A stretch of 38,221 nt of DNA from a virus (lineage: Duplodnaviria; Heunggongvirae; Uroviricota; Caudoviricetes): the IMG/VR virus record IMGVR_UViG_2565956731_000004, positions 1-38,221 of that record. One strand, 5' to 3'. A program made the translations under genes and the position numbers. This document shows positions 1-8,361 of the stretch, in pieces. Under the pieces are notes generated by a model. The model made no database searches. It was given only the letters and a program-made list of their open reading frames with translations, and was not told where the DNA came from. Every line of letters begins with the position of its first letter. Positions within the stretch are counted from its first letter, which is position 1.

Positions 1-1005
1 TTAATCCCCCGTGGACACTGCGTGGACACTCACGCCACCTTTCAGCGGATTAAGGGCCACCGCATCCTGCAGGTAATCCGGTGCAAAATGTGCATATGCC
101 ATTGTTTGCTGAATGGTTGCGTGGCCAAGAATCTTCTGAAGCGCAATAATGTTTCCTCCGTTCATCACAAAATGGCTGGCGAACGTATGCCGCAGCACAT
201 GTGCAGCCTGGCCTTTTGGTAAATCGGGCTTAACTCTTTTCAGCGCCAAGCAGAATTCCCGGTACTTCACCTCAAACAAGCCGCCTGTTTCTCTGGTTTT
301 GATCGCCTCACAAACTGCCTGCGAAATTGGCACTGTTCTCTTTCGGCCATTTTTGGTTTCAAGAAACGTCACTCGGTTATGAACTATCTGTTCACCACGG
401 AGCTTACAGGCTTCACTCCAGCGCGCTCCTGTGCTTAAACACAAAAGAGCAACACGCCAGTAATCGCCCTCCAATGTATCGAGCAATAACGCAACTTCCT
501 TTTGTGACAGGAACGCCATTTCTCGTGGAGATACATAAAGAATAGAAATTCCCCTTACCGGATGTTCTGCATCCCAAAGACCTATTTTTTTCAGCACGGT
601 AAACATTCCGGATAACCGATTCATGTACCTGTTAGCAGATGACGGTTTCAATCCATCAGCTATCTTTTGAGAACGCCACGCGATAATTTTCAGCTTATCA
701 AGATCCACAGCCTGCATATCAGCGCCAAGCTCATTGATTATGTTGCGCAGTTGTTTTCGGTCTTCTTCCGCCTTACGCCTGTGTTGACCGTGATACATCC
801 ACCACAACTCAAGCAAATCATTTAGCGTTCGGCGATCACGGTAGCCCTGTATATATTCCCGCTTTTCAGCGTTCGCCATGATGTAGCGTTCAGTGGCCAC
901 CGCTACCGATTTTTTGTCAAATACCTTACGCACGCGCTTTCCCTTGCGTCCGTTCGGCCTGATGTCCAGCAAATAACGACCATCTTCGAGCTTCTTAATT
1001 GACAT
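1..1005 (-). CDS. int: tyrosine integrase (P2 Int-like)
   Basis: 334-codon ORF; ATG is the sixth codon of the track ORF, with GGAGGG 7 nt upstream; C-terminal HVLRHTFASHF...Y tyrosine recombinase signature; at the prophage end, divergent from the repressor/cox switch. Confidence 0.9.
   Translation of the reverse strand: MSIKKLEDGRYLLDIRPNGRKGKRVRKVFDKKSVAVATERYIMANAEKREYIQGYRDRRTLNDLLELWWMYHGQHRRKAEEDRKQLRNIINELGADMQAVDLDKLKIIAWRSQKIADGLKPSSANRYMNRLSGMFTVLKKIGLWDAEHPVRGISILYVSPREMAFLSQKEVALLLDTLEGDYWRVALLCLSTGARWSEACKLRGEQIVHNRVTFLETKNGRKRTVPISQAVCEAIKTRETGGLFEVKYREFCLALKRVKPDLPKGQAAHVLRHTFASHFVMNGGNIIALQKILGHATIQQTMAYAHFAPDYLQDAVALNPLKGGVSVHAVSTGD
11..30. other. candidate attL core, inside the 3' end of int
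   Basis: gtggacactgcgtggacact, itself a tandem GTGGACACT repeat; 17 of 20 identical to 37041..37060 (gtggtcactgcgtggacata). Confidence 0.4.
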
Positions 1006-1101
1006 TGCGAAGCCCTCCAATGAACCGCTCTACAATTTCTCCAGCCTCTTTCCAGCAATAATCAGACCAGACAAAGAGCAGGTCTAACCAGTTTTCTGGC
1101 C

Positions 1102-1422
1102 TTAGCGGGGTGATTTTTGGTTTGTTTCGGTTGAAACCTGATCGCCCTCCGAATCGAAGAAGCCATCAAGAGAGAGAGGCGGAGCAATCTGCCCCGTCGC
1201 AGCATTAGTTTGATTAAACATCACCCAATCCGAATACTTCCGAAAACGAGGATGATTCAAAATCAGGAGTAGCGTTTCTCCAGGTATCATTCTTCCCAAT
1301 ATTTCATAATTTTTGAGATTGTTTTGAGATACCCCTGTCACCTCTTCCATCTCTCTACGTGACAATCCCTCTGCCTCTCGAATCAGGCGAAGTTTTTCTC
1401 CAAGGCTTGATTTATGGATCAT
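1102..1422 (-). CDS. immunity repressor (P2 C-type, HTH)
   Basis: About 106 aa from the internal ATG (MIHKSSLGEKLRLIREAEGLSRREMEEVTGVSQNNL: HTH); sits between int and divergent cox as in P2; start codon choice uncertain (track ORF starts at 1440). Confidence 0.7.
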   Translation of the reverse strand: MIHKSSLGEKLRLIREAEGLSRREMEEVTGVSQNNLKNYEILGRMIPGETLLLILNHPRFRKYSDWVMFNQTNAATGQIAPPLSLDGFFDSEGDQVSTETNQKSPR

Positions 1423-1440
1423 ATGTGATCTAAACTCCAC

Positions 1441-1537
1441 GCTATTGGGTTACATGTAATACAAAACATTCAAATAGCCAAAATAAGCCTATATAAGCCA
1501 TTTTGGGCCATTTGGACGAATTAAGGAGATTACCACA
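1441..1537. promoter_or_regulatory. lysis-lysogeny switch region (divergent promoters and operators)
   Basis: 97-bp AT-rich gap between divergent repressor and cox; three roughly 10-bp-phased repeats ATAGCCA / ATAAGCC / ATAAGCC at 1474..1499 around a TATATA box; AAGGAG RBS for cox at 1523..1528. Confidence 0.45.
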
Positions 1538-1825
1538 ATGAGCGAATCAGAGCTTGAGGGGTTCATTCAGGTAGCACCATATCCACTTGAAGCGGTGCCA
1601 TATCAACTATTTGCCAAGATGATTGGTCGCAAAGAATCAACCGTCAGAACCATGATTGACGCTGCAAAGTTACCAACGATTGACTTTGTGAAACCAGGTT
1701 CAGTGAAGACGCGAGCATCAGAAAACTGGGTATATCTGCCAGCATTTAACGCAGGTATGCGCAAAGCGTTTTTTGATCAGCCGAAAGAACGCCGCGATGC
1801 ATGGTTGTTGTGGCTGGGGCTTTAA
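1538..1825 (+). CDS. cox: Cox-like excisionase / early regulator
   Basis: 95 aa; first rightward gene after the repressor with strong RBS; size and position as P2 Cox. Confidence 0.75.
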   Translation: MSESELEGFIQVAPYPLEAVPYQLFAKMIGRKESTVRTMIDAAKLPTIDFVKPGSVKTRASENWVYLPAFNAGMRKAFFDQPKERRDAWLLWLGL

Positions 1826-1831
1826 TCATAA

Positions 1832-2038
1832 ATGACCAGCAATATCACCAGCGCCATTTTGGACCTTGTATTCCTAGAAGTGGGTGTAATAGCGATTTAT
1901 CTGCTTAGCAAGCTAACAGGACAAAAAGAACGCTTTATTGTTCTCAACGTTCATTACCTCGCCGCTTATGCCAGAGGTCTTTTTCCGATCACCATTGGTG
2001 CGGTGCTCACAGCGTTTGTTATTTGGCTCATCGGGTAG
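1832..2038 (+). CDS. small hydrophobic early protein (two predicted TM helices)
   Basis: 68-aa ORF 7 nt after cox; hydrophobic stretches VFLEVGVIAIYLL and ITIGAVLTAFVIWLIG. Confidence 0.5.
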   Translation: MTSNITSAILDLVFLEVGVIAIYLLSKLTGQKERFIVLNVHYLAAYARGLFPITIGAVLTAFVIWLIG

Positions 2039-2049
2039 AGGCACGAAAA

Positions 2050-2508
2050 ATGAATAAGCAGCAGCGAAATGGCAAGCCCCACAACACGGGATTTCGTCGC
2101 AATTACTTTGAAAATGGGCGTTATGCCGGGGAAGTAAATAGGTACGGAGTTTTTGACATGAAGCAACAGTGCAATTCTTCACAGCAACGCTTCCGCAACG
2201 GGGCGGAACGCCATGCTAACCGTTTCGCTAACAGTGCATCGCGTAGCAACTCTCGCTACAGCCTGAGCGAAACACACGCCACACCTGATGGCCATCCCGT
2301 AAAACAAATTGGTGAACACACCTGGCTGATTGAGAAAGCTGGAATCGTGGTTCACAGATGCCCGCACAACCCATTTACCGGAAACCGCATTTTTGCTCTG
2401 AGCAACGGCGACAATCAGTTCGGGCAGGATTTCACATTATACGAAGCACTTCGCACGGTTGATCGTCTGCTTCGCGGGCAAAGTTTTATTAAACAGGCTG
2501 ATTTATAA
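2050..2508 (+). CDS. hypothetical early protein
   Basis: 152 aa from the ATG at 2050 (tenth codon of the track ORF); same-strand early operon; no family recognised. Confidence 0.5.
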   Translation: MNKQQRNGKPHNTGFRRNYFENGRYAGEVNRYGVFDMKQQCNSSQQRFRNGAERHANRFANSASRSNSRYSLSETHATPDGHPVKQIGEHTWLIEKAGIVVHRCPHNPFTGNRIFALSNGDNQFGQDFTLYEALRTVDRLLRGQSFIKQADL

Positions 2509-2518
2509 CAGGTGCTTT

Positions 2519-2806
2519 ATGACCAAAGACCATGCACAAGGTGTATTTATCCGTTTTATTGATTTTCGCGGCGAACTGTTATTACGTGCATCCGCTATTG
2601 ACGGAGTGACTCCGGCGGGTAAAAACGGAGCCGACGAAGCCACTTACGTTTATCTGAACGGCACGCGACTGCTTGTGGAACTTCCGTACCAGACCGTACG
2701 AGAAATCATTAGCGAAGCTGAAAAGGCACGCCAGGTTAATGGCGATGAACCCTATATCGAAATTATTTGTATGGATTCAGAAGCTGAAATACAGAAAGCA
2801 GATTAA
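2519..2806 (+). CDS. hypothetical early protein
   Basis: 95 aa from the internal ATG (MTKDHAQ...); tightly packed in the early operon. Confidence 0.5.
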   Translation: MTKDHAQGVFIRFIDFRGELLLRASAIDGVTPAGKNGADEATYVYLNGTRLLVELPYQTVREIISEAEKARQVNGDEPYIEIICMDSEAEIQKAD

Positions 2807-2817
2807 AGGGCGTTGTG

Positions 2818-3060
2818 ATGGGCAAAGAATATAAAACTCTCATTAACAAAGCACTTGAGCGTTTTTATTTTCGCTTAAGTGCATCAGGCGCTCATGCTGA
2901 ACGTGCAGCCCGTGACTCATTGACCAGAGCAATCCGGAGTCTGTATGACGTGGCTTTTTACGCTGATGATCTGGATGCACTTAACGAACTTTCCGAGTTG
3001 ATCTGTGCCGCAGAATGCGGGGAACATATTGAACCGTATAAGCTGGGAAATATCGCATGA
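2818..3060 (+). CDS. hypothetical early protein
   Basis: 80 aa; AAAGGG RBS 7 nt upstream of the ATG. Confidence 0.5.
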   Translation: MGKEYKTLINKALERFYFRLSASGAHAERAARDSLTRAIRSLYDVAFYADDLDALNELSELICAAECGEHIEPYKLGNIA

Positions 3061-3170
3061 GTATATTTATCTCATGGCTTGTTCTGATTATTTCGGTGGT
3101 CTGCGCCATTGGGATTATGCGAATTATTAATTCAGTAAAAAAGATTGAACGTTTTTTCACTGACAAATAA
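3057..3170 (+). CDS. possible 37-aa hydrophobic micro-protein (MSIFISWLVLIISVVCAIGIMRIINSVKKIERFFTDK)
   Basis: ATG overlaps the upstream stop (ATGA coupling); single predicted TM helix followed by a basic tail; below the ORF-track length cut-off. Confidence 0.3.
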   Translation: MSIFISWLVLIISVVCAIGIMRIINSVKKIERFFTDK

Positions 3171-3262
3171 CAGATTAAACAAAACACCAGATTAAACCCG
3201 AAAACCTGAAAACTATCCGCATTCGCGGAGGTATTCGCACACGTAAATAACGGAGATATAAA

Positions 3263-3679
3263 ATGAATGCAAAAGAAAAAAATATTATCAATACATTAAA
3301 AATAGTGTCAGCAGAGCAAGACAAGCTGTCCAGGGCAGCCCAGAAAGATAATCAACATATGGCAGCGCTTTACGCACTGACCATCGCAATAGCCACCTCT
3401 GAAGCAGCCAAAGTTATTGAGGAACAGAGCAAAGAAATCGACACTCTTAAAACACAGTCAACAGTTGCAGCCATGAATCCGTCCAGCATTGGACGCTGCA
3501 TTTATATTCTTGGTTCAGCAATGATGCTGCAATACACCATTATTGCCGAACTGCACGGCAAATACCTGATAACGCCTTACCACACAAAAGAGTCAGAGCT
3601 TCTGACAAATCTCCGCCTGATAGAACGCTCTCAAGCTGTATTCATTGATGACGCGCAACGTGCCGTATTTAACGCATAG
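3263..3679 (+). CDS. hypothetical protein, AT-rich gene
   Basis: 138 aa; GGAG RBS; preceded by about 90 bp of AT-rich non-coding DNA with direct repeats CAGATTAAAC at 3171..3180 and 3188..3197; composition visibly AT-richer than neighbours. Confidence 0.6.
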   Translation: MNAKEKNIINTLKIVSAEQDKLSRAAQKDNQHMAALYALTIAIATSEAAKVIEEQSKEIDTLKTQSTVAAMNPSSIGRCIYILGSAMMLQYTIIAELHGKYLITPYHTKESELLTNLRLIERSQAVFIDDAQRAVFNA

Positions 3680-3702
3680 GGTTACTGGACAAAGGGGGCG
3701 CA

Positions 3703-3906
3703 ATGGCAATTAAGCATTTTCCCGTCGTTCGCTTTACCTCCAGAGGGCGCGAATACGAGGTCGACGAACGCCTGATTACCACTATCGACAAACATCGTTC
3801 GGAAAAGGATGCACACCACATCTACCTCACTGACGGCACTTACTTCTGCGCCACCAACGTGGCGCGAGTAAATCTTATCCGACAGGTACAGGAGCCACGC
3901 AGATGA
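3703..3906 (+). CDS. hypothetical early protein
   Basis: 67 aa; AAAGGGGG RBS; stop overlaps next start. Confidence 0.5.
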   Translation: MAIKHFPVVRFTSRGREYEVDERLITTIDKHRSEKDAHHIYLTDGTYFCATNVARVNLIRQVQEPRR

Positions 3907-4169
3907 CCATTCTGGACTACATCGCTACTCATCCGGGGTGTAGCGGCGGAGAGATCGCCGCAGCACTGAATACCCCAGCCACAGCCATTAATGCTGAGTT
4001 ACGCCGACTTTGGCGCGGCGGCTTAGTCATCAGAACAAACCGCAGCACAGGTGGTCGCGCTCGCAAAACAGGAGGCCGGGCTTCTTACCACGTAAACCCG
4101 ATGCCGTTCGGGTGTAGCAATCCACTTACTCACATGTTTAACCAGCTACTGGAGGAAGCCAGAGCATGA
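3903..4169 (+). CDS. hypothetical early protein, possible small DNA-binding protein
   Basis: 88 aa; ATGA coupling to both neighbours; basic C-terminal half. Confidence 0.5.
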   Translation: MTILDYIATHPGCSGGEIAAALNTPATAINAELRRLWRGGLVIRTNRSTGGRARKTGGRASYHVNPMPFGCSNPLTHMFNQLLEEARA

Positions 4170-4465
4170 GCACCATCAACCACCAGAAGCTACGCGAACT
4201 GGCATTTGCCCTGCAACGAATGGCAACGCCTCAAAAATTACTGGCATTTCGCGCAATGCTCTCGCCGTCTGCTGTGCTGGCACTGCTGGATGAGCTAGAG
4301 CACGCCAGAACCACGGCTCCTGCCATTCGCCTGACGCTCCATCATGAAATCGCTGATTTCTGCGCGACGTTGGAGGCGCCGGGCGAACCGGAAACGCCGG
4401 AAGCAATACAGCAAGAGCTGCTGCAACGCATTGACAAGGTTTTTGATTTTTTTCTGAACCAGTAA
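4166..4465 (+). CDS. hypothetical early protein
   Basis: 99 aa; ATGA coupling; acidic, helical-looking. Confidence 0.5.
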   Translation: MSTINHQKLRELAFALQRMATPQKLLAFRAMLSPSAVLALLDELEHARTTAPAIRLTLHHEIADFCATLEAPGEPETPEAIQQELLQRIDKVFDFFLNQ

Positions 4466-4532
4466 GAAACCAGAACATGCACACACAAAAAAACCGCTTG
4501 CCATGCCTCAATCGGTCAGGTTACATTTCCGC

Positions 4533-4608
4533 TGCACCTCATAAAACGGGTGCCGGGATTCTCAACCCGATACAGAGCAAAGCGCATAACCGCGCCAGCG
4601 GTTTTTTT
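4533..4608 (+). ncRNA. candidate c4-like antisense RNA (about 75 nt)
   Basis: Sigma70-like -35 TTGCCA (4498..4503), 17-bp spacer, -10 TTACAT (4521..4526); intrinsic terminator AACCGC-GCCA-GCGGTT followed by T7 (4588..4608); lies directly upstream of an icd-like ORF as in P1 c4-icd; contains GATTCTCAAC, whose complement GTTGAGAA occurs in the downstream leader. Confidence 0.35.
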
Positions 4609-4787
4609 GTGCGTACTGTATTGCCACGTCTTTTTCGCGTCAGAATTATGGCGGGGCGTACGGGGCCGACTTCGGTCGGGCCGGATTCTTTGCTCTCCGG
4701 TGTTGAGAACCCTGTACGTCTCGCCACCCCGAGATTCTCAACTCTGGATGGTGAGTTATTTCTATCACTGAGCAAAGAGGCCACACC

Positions 4788-5018
4788 ATGGCAGACCGCA
4801 AACAGCACCGCGCTATCGCGGAGCGTCGTCACATCCAGACTGAAATCAACCGCAGACTTTCCCGCGCATCACGCGTCGCGCAAATCATGCACATCAATAT
4901 GCTGCATGAGCGCAGCCACGCACTATCAAACATTTATTCCGCCTCTGTTTTCAGCTATCTGGCGGATGATCTGCACGAGCTTCAACAGCTCATCCAGCAG
5001 CAAAACAAACTCCATTAA
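4788..5018 (+). CDS. Icd-like (cell-division-inhibitor-like) small protein
   Basis: 76 aa, MADRKQHRAIAERRHIQTEINRRLSRASRVAQIMHINMLHERSH...; AAGAGG RBS; recalled similarity to Icd-like proteins of P1 and P4-type elements. Confidence 0.45.
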   Translation: MADRKQHRAIAERRHIQTEINRRLSRASRVAQIMHINMLHERSHALSNIYSASVFSYLADDLHELQQLIQQQNKLH

Positions 5019-5090
5019 TTCCTGTTCCGGGCCTTTCCTGCACCTTGCGGCGGGAGGCCTTCGCACATCTGTAACAAGAGGATTGCCGCA

Positions 5091-5456
5091 ATGATTCTCG
5101 CCAACGACTTTCTTGAATACCTGCTCAACACAGAACGTGATCTTGCCGCTCGCGTGCGTGATCGTTATGACATGTACCTGAAATCCCTGCCTGTACCGCA
5201 GCTCGCTGACGGAAAGATTGTTATTGATGGTCGCTACATGATTGACAGCCACGAGGGAAATTACAGGCTTTACCGCATTGAAGGTGGCACCCCGTCCGTT
5301 ATTGGCATTTACCAGCGCCCATCCTCTGCAATCGTCGATGTGATTGCCGACAGCATCCGCATCACACATCGCCATGCCGACACAGAAGACACCGTGCTGG
5401 AAATTCAGCGGCTGGCTACAGTCTGCCGCGACACCCTGAATGGCATGACGAAGTAA
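5091..5456 (+). CDS. hypothetical protein immediately upstream of A
   Basis: 121 aa; AAGAGG RBS. Confidence 0.55.
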   Translation: MILANDFLEYLLNTERDLAARVRDRYDMYLKSLPVPQLADGKIVIDGRYMIDSHEGNYRLYRIEGGTPSVIGIYQRPSSAIVDVIADSIRITHRHADTEDTVLEIQRLATVCRDTLNGMTK

Positions 5457-5462
5457 ATCACT

Positions 5463-8285
5463 ATGACGGCAGAGTACATCAGGGACTGGCAACAACCGCG
5501 CCACGCAGTGGGGCGTGAAGGAACGGGGATCCCCGCTCCTGAATCCGCGCTTTCCTCCTGGCTGGATGCCTACCGGGTAGAGAACGAGCGCCGCCAGGAA
5601 ATGGCTGATGCGGCATTCTCCGCAACGCCGCTGGGCAACCTGATTAATAAAAGCCTGGACGCACAGGAAAAACAGGACAAAACCATCACACTGGCAAGAG
5701 ACGCCAGAAAACAGGCACGCGGCGCGGTGGATGAAGCCATGGCCTCGCTGCGCCTGCTGCCGTCCTATCTGCGCGATCCGCTTATTCGCCACCTCTCCTT
5801 CCTGCGCAAAAAACAGGAAGCCGATCGTCAGAAAGGCAAAAAGAGCTGGCAGGCAGAACGATATGCGCGCGGAACCCTGCGCAGGATATTCGAACGTCTG
5901 GACCGCACCGACACTCGCTGGCTGACACCGGCTTATCGCTCTCTTGCCGGACGTGAACGCCTGGATGATTTGCTTTACCTGCCGCAGCTCAACAAACACC
6001 AGATACAGACGCTGGCCACCATGACGGCGGCGATGTTCAGCAGCACTTTCGAAACACTCTGCGATAACTTTGGCGCGACCGATGGCGAGCTGACCATGAA
6101 AATCGCGCTGAAGGCGTATCAGATGCTGGCCCGCATGGCGTTACATCTGCACACCATGCCGCCGCATTACGAAGCACTGAGAACGGACAAAGACCGGAAG
6201 AACGCACCGGATACGGAGCTGCTGCCGGGGGCCATCCTTCGCCTGACCTGTGCGGAATGGTGGAAACGCAAACTGTGGCTGTTGCGTTGCGAGTGGCGGG
6301 AAGAACAACTCCGCGCCGCCTGTCTGGTTTCCAGAAAAACATCAGCCTATCTGAGCCAGGACGCGTTAAGCGAGTTTCGCGCACAGCGCGAGAAAACACG
6401 CGACTTCCTGAAAAGTTTCATGCTGGAAAACGAAGACGGATTCACGATTGATCTCGAGACAGTGTATTACGCAGGCGTCAGTAACCCGGTTCACCGTAAG
6501 GCAGAAATGATGGCCACCATGAAGGGGTTGGAACTTCTGGCCGAAGCCCGTGGCGACAAAGCGGTGTTTCTGACTGTCACCTGCCCGTCAAAATACCACG
6601 CAACAACGGAGAACGGTCATCCGAATCCCAGATGGAACGGGGCCACCATGCGCGACTCCAGCGATTACCTTGTTAACACGTTTTTTGCGGCGGTCCGCAA
6701 GAAACTGAACCGTGAGAAATTGCGCTGGTATGGCATCCGCACGGCGGAGCCACACCATGACGGCACGGTGCACTGGCATATGATGGTTTTTGCGCATCCG
6801 GATGAAATAGACACCATTGTGTCCCACGTCCGCGATATTGCCATTCAGGAAGACCGCCACGAGCTGGGTGATGACATAACCCCGCGCTTTGAGGCGGAGT
6901 ACGTCGACGGCTCAAAAGGCACACCGACCAGCTACATCGCCACCTACATCGGAAAAAACCTGGACAGCCGCGCCGTGGATGGCATCGACCCGAAAACGGG
7001 CAAGCCACGCGTTGACCACGAAACCGGAAAATCAATGGCCGAGAGCGTGGAGCGCGCCATCGGCTGGGCGCGCCTTCACCGGGTCCGCCAGTTCCAGTTC
7101 TTTGGTATCCCCTCCCGCCAGGTCTGGCGTGAACTGCGCCGCCTTGCCAGCCAGATGGCACGCAATCCGGGAGGCCCGCAACGTCTGGAAAATGACGCAA
7201 TGGACGCGGTACTCGCTGCCGCTGATGCCGGGTGTTTTGCCACCTACATTGAGAAACAGGGCGGCGTACTTGTTCCACGCAAAGACTACCTGATTCGCAC
7301 CGCCTACAACCTCGCAGATGAACTGAACGATTACGGCGAACAGAGCGTACAGATTTACGGGATCTGGTCGCCGCTCATCGGGGAGTCTTCCCGTGTGTGC
7401 ACGCACCCGGATAACTGGAAGCTGGTAAGACGTAAACCGGAAGCGGAAGACAGTGCCCACGAAAATGGTTTTGACCTTCAGGGCGGCCCTGCCGCCCCTT
7501 GGACTCGTGGCAATAACTGTCCCCGTGTACAGGAAACGGACAACAACGGGACAGAACAGCCGGAAGAACGGCCAGCACCGTGGCCGCAGCTTCCTGACGG
7601 CATTGAAGTGAACGAATGGATGCGCTCACTGAAACGGCACGAACGCCGGGCGCTGATGCGTTCGCTGCGTGACAAACAGGCCAAAAACAGCAGTGATGAA
7701 ATGCAGAGCTGGACACAGAGCCGCAAACAGCCGCGGCCTTTGCCTGATAACCACGAATTACTCGCTAAAGAATGGCGGGAGTCTGCTGAATCTCTCGGAC
7801 TGCATATTGGTGAACAGCAGATGCAGCACCTGTTACGGGGCGGCAGTCTGTACGTTGACGGCAGCATCATTGCACCGCAGGGATTTGAAATTGTACGCAA
7901 ACCGGATACCCGCCCGGACAGCCGAATCACGCAGCTCTGGCAGCGCCTGAGCCGTAATCACGGCGTAAGCAGCACGGAGATCCGCCATAACCCGGTCGCC
8001 AGCTATCTGGAACAGCTGGGGGCATCAGACCCTGAAGCCGCCACACGCCTGGCATCCACACTTCAGCAGGACCAGAACACCATGAAAACACCCGTTACCG
8101 TGCTTTCTGACATGCTGCGCGCCATCCGCGACGCAGAGCACGCACAGAGAATCAGTGAAACCACTGAACGTGCCCGCCGCAAAGCAGACCTGCTGCGGAG
8201 TGGCCTGACCAGTGGAAACAAAAAACAGACAGAAACGGGATTCACAAATCCCGTAAATGAGCAAAAAACGCGCCGCGATATATGA
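5463..8285 (+). CDS. A: replication initiation endonuclease (P2 gene A-like, HUH rolling-circle initiator) with long C-terminal extension
   Basis: 940 aa; HUH motif HWHMMVF and catalytic tyrosine pair SYIATYIGKN; from memory, about 180 aa longer than P2 A at the C-terminus. Confidence 0.9.
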   Translation: MTAEYIRDWQQPRHAVGREGTGIPAPESALSSWLDAYRVENERRQEMADAAFSATPLGNLINKSLDAQEKQDKTITLARDARKQARGAVDEAMASLRLLPSYLRDPLIRHLSFLRKKQEADRQKGKKSWQAERYARGTLRRIFERLDRTDTRWLTPAYRSLAGRERLDDLLYLPQLNKHQIQTLATMTAAMFSSTFETLCDNFGATDGELTMKIALKAYQMLARMALHLHTMPPHYEALRTDKDRKNAPDTELLPGAILRLTCAEWWKRKLWLLRCEWREEQLRAACLVSRKTSAYLSQDALSEFRAQREKTRDFLKSFMLENEDGFTIDLETVYYAGVSNPVHRKAEMMATMKGLELLAEARGDKAVFLTVTCPSKYHATTENGHPNPRWNGATMRDSSDYLVNTFFAAVRKKLNREKLRWYGIRTAEPHHDGTVHWHMMVFAHPDEIDTIVSHVRDIAIQEDRHELGDDITPRFEAEYVDGSKGTPTSYIATYIGKNLDSRAVDGIDPKTGKPRVDHETGKSMAESVERAIGWARLHRVRQFQFFGIPSRQVWRELRRLASQMARNPGGPQRLENDAMDAVLAAADAGCFATYIEKQGGVLVPRKDYLIRTAYNLADELNDYGEQSVQIYGIWSPLIGESSRVCTHPDNWKLVRRKPEAEDSAHENGFDLQGGPAAPWTRGNNCPRVQETDNNGTEQPEERPAPWPQLPDGIEVNEWMRSLKRHERRALMRSLRDKQAKNSSDEMQSWTQSRKQPRPLPDNHELLAKEWRESAESLGLHIGEQQMQHLLRGGSLYVDGSIIAPQGFEIVRKPDTRPDSRITQLWQRLSRNHGVSSTEIRHNPVASYLEQLGASDPEAATRLASTLQQDQNTMKTPVTVLSDMLRAIRDAEHAQRISETTERARRKADLLRSGLTSGNKKQTETGFTNPVNEQKTRRDI
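8233..8257. repeat. 25-bp repeat with internal palindrome ACGGGATT-N4-AATCCCGT (copy 1, inside the 3' end of A)
   Basis: aaacgggattcacaaatcccgtaaa; second copy 73 bp downstream. Confidence 0.7.
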
Positions 8286-8305
8286 AGCGCACACAAAACA
8301 GGCAA

Positions 8306-8330
8306 AAACGGGATTTCAGAATCCCGTAAA
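8306..8330. repeat. 25-bp repeat with internal palindrome (copy 2, upstream of the parM-like gene)
   Basis: aaacgggatttcagaatcccgtaaa; flanks the presumed promoter of the parM-like operon; candidate centromere or operator site. Confidence 0.7.
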
Positions 8331-8361
8331 CGATTAATTAATCAACATAAGGAAAAGCGAC

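Noticed and set aside
4926-5999. 357-aa minus-strand ORF
   Set aside because: Antisense to the well-supported early ORF (5091..5456) and the start of gene A; low-complexity translation with no RBS or recognisable motif; typical spurious antisense frame in GC-rich coding DNA.
6673-7930. Several 113 to 201-aa minus-strand ORFs inside gene A
   Set aside because: Arg/Pro/Cys-rich nonsense translations antisense to the HUH initiator; no independent support.
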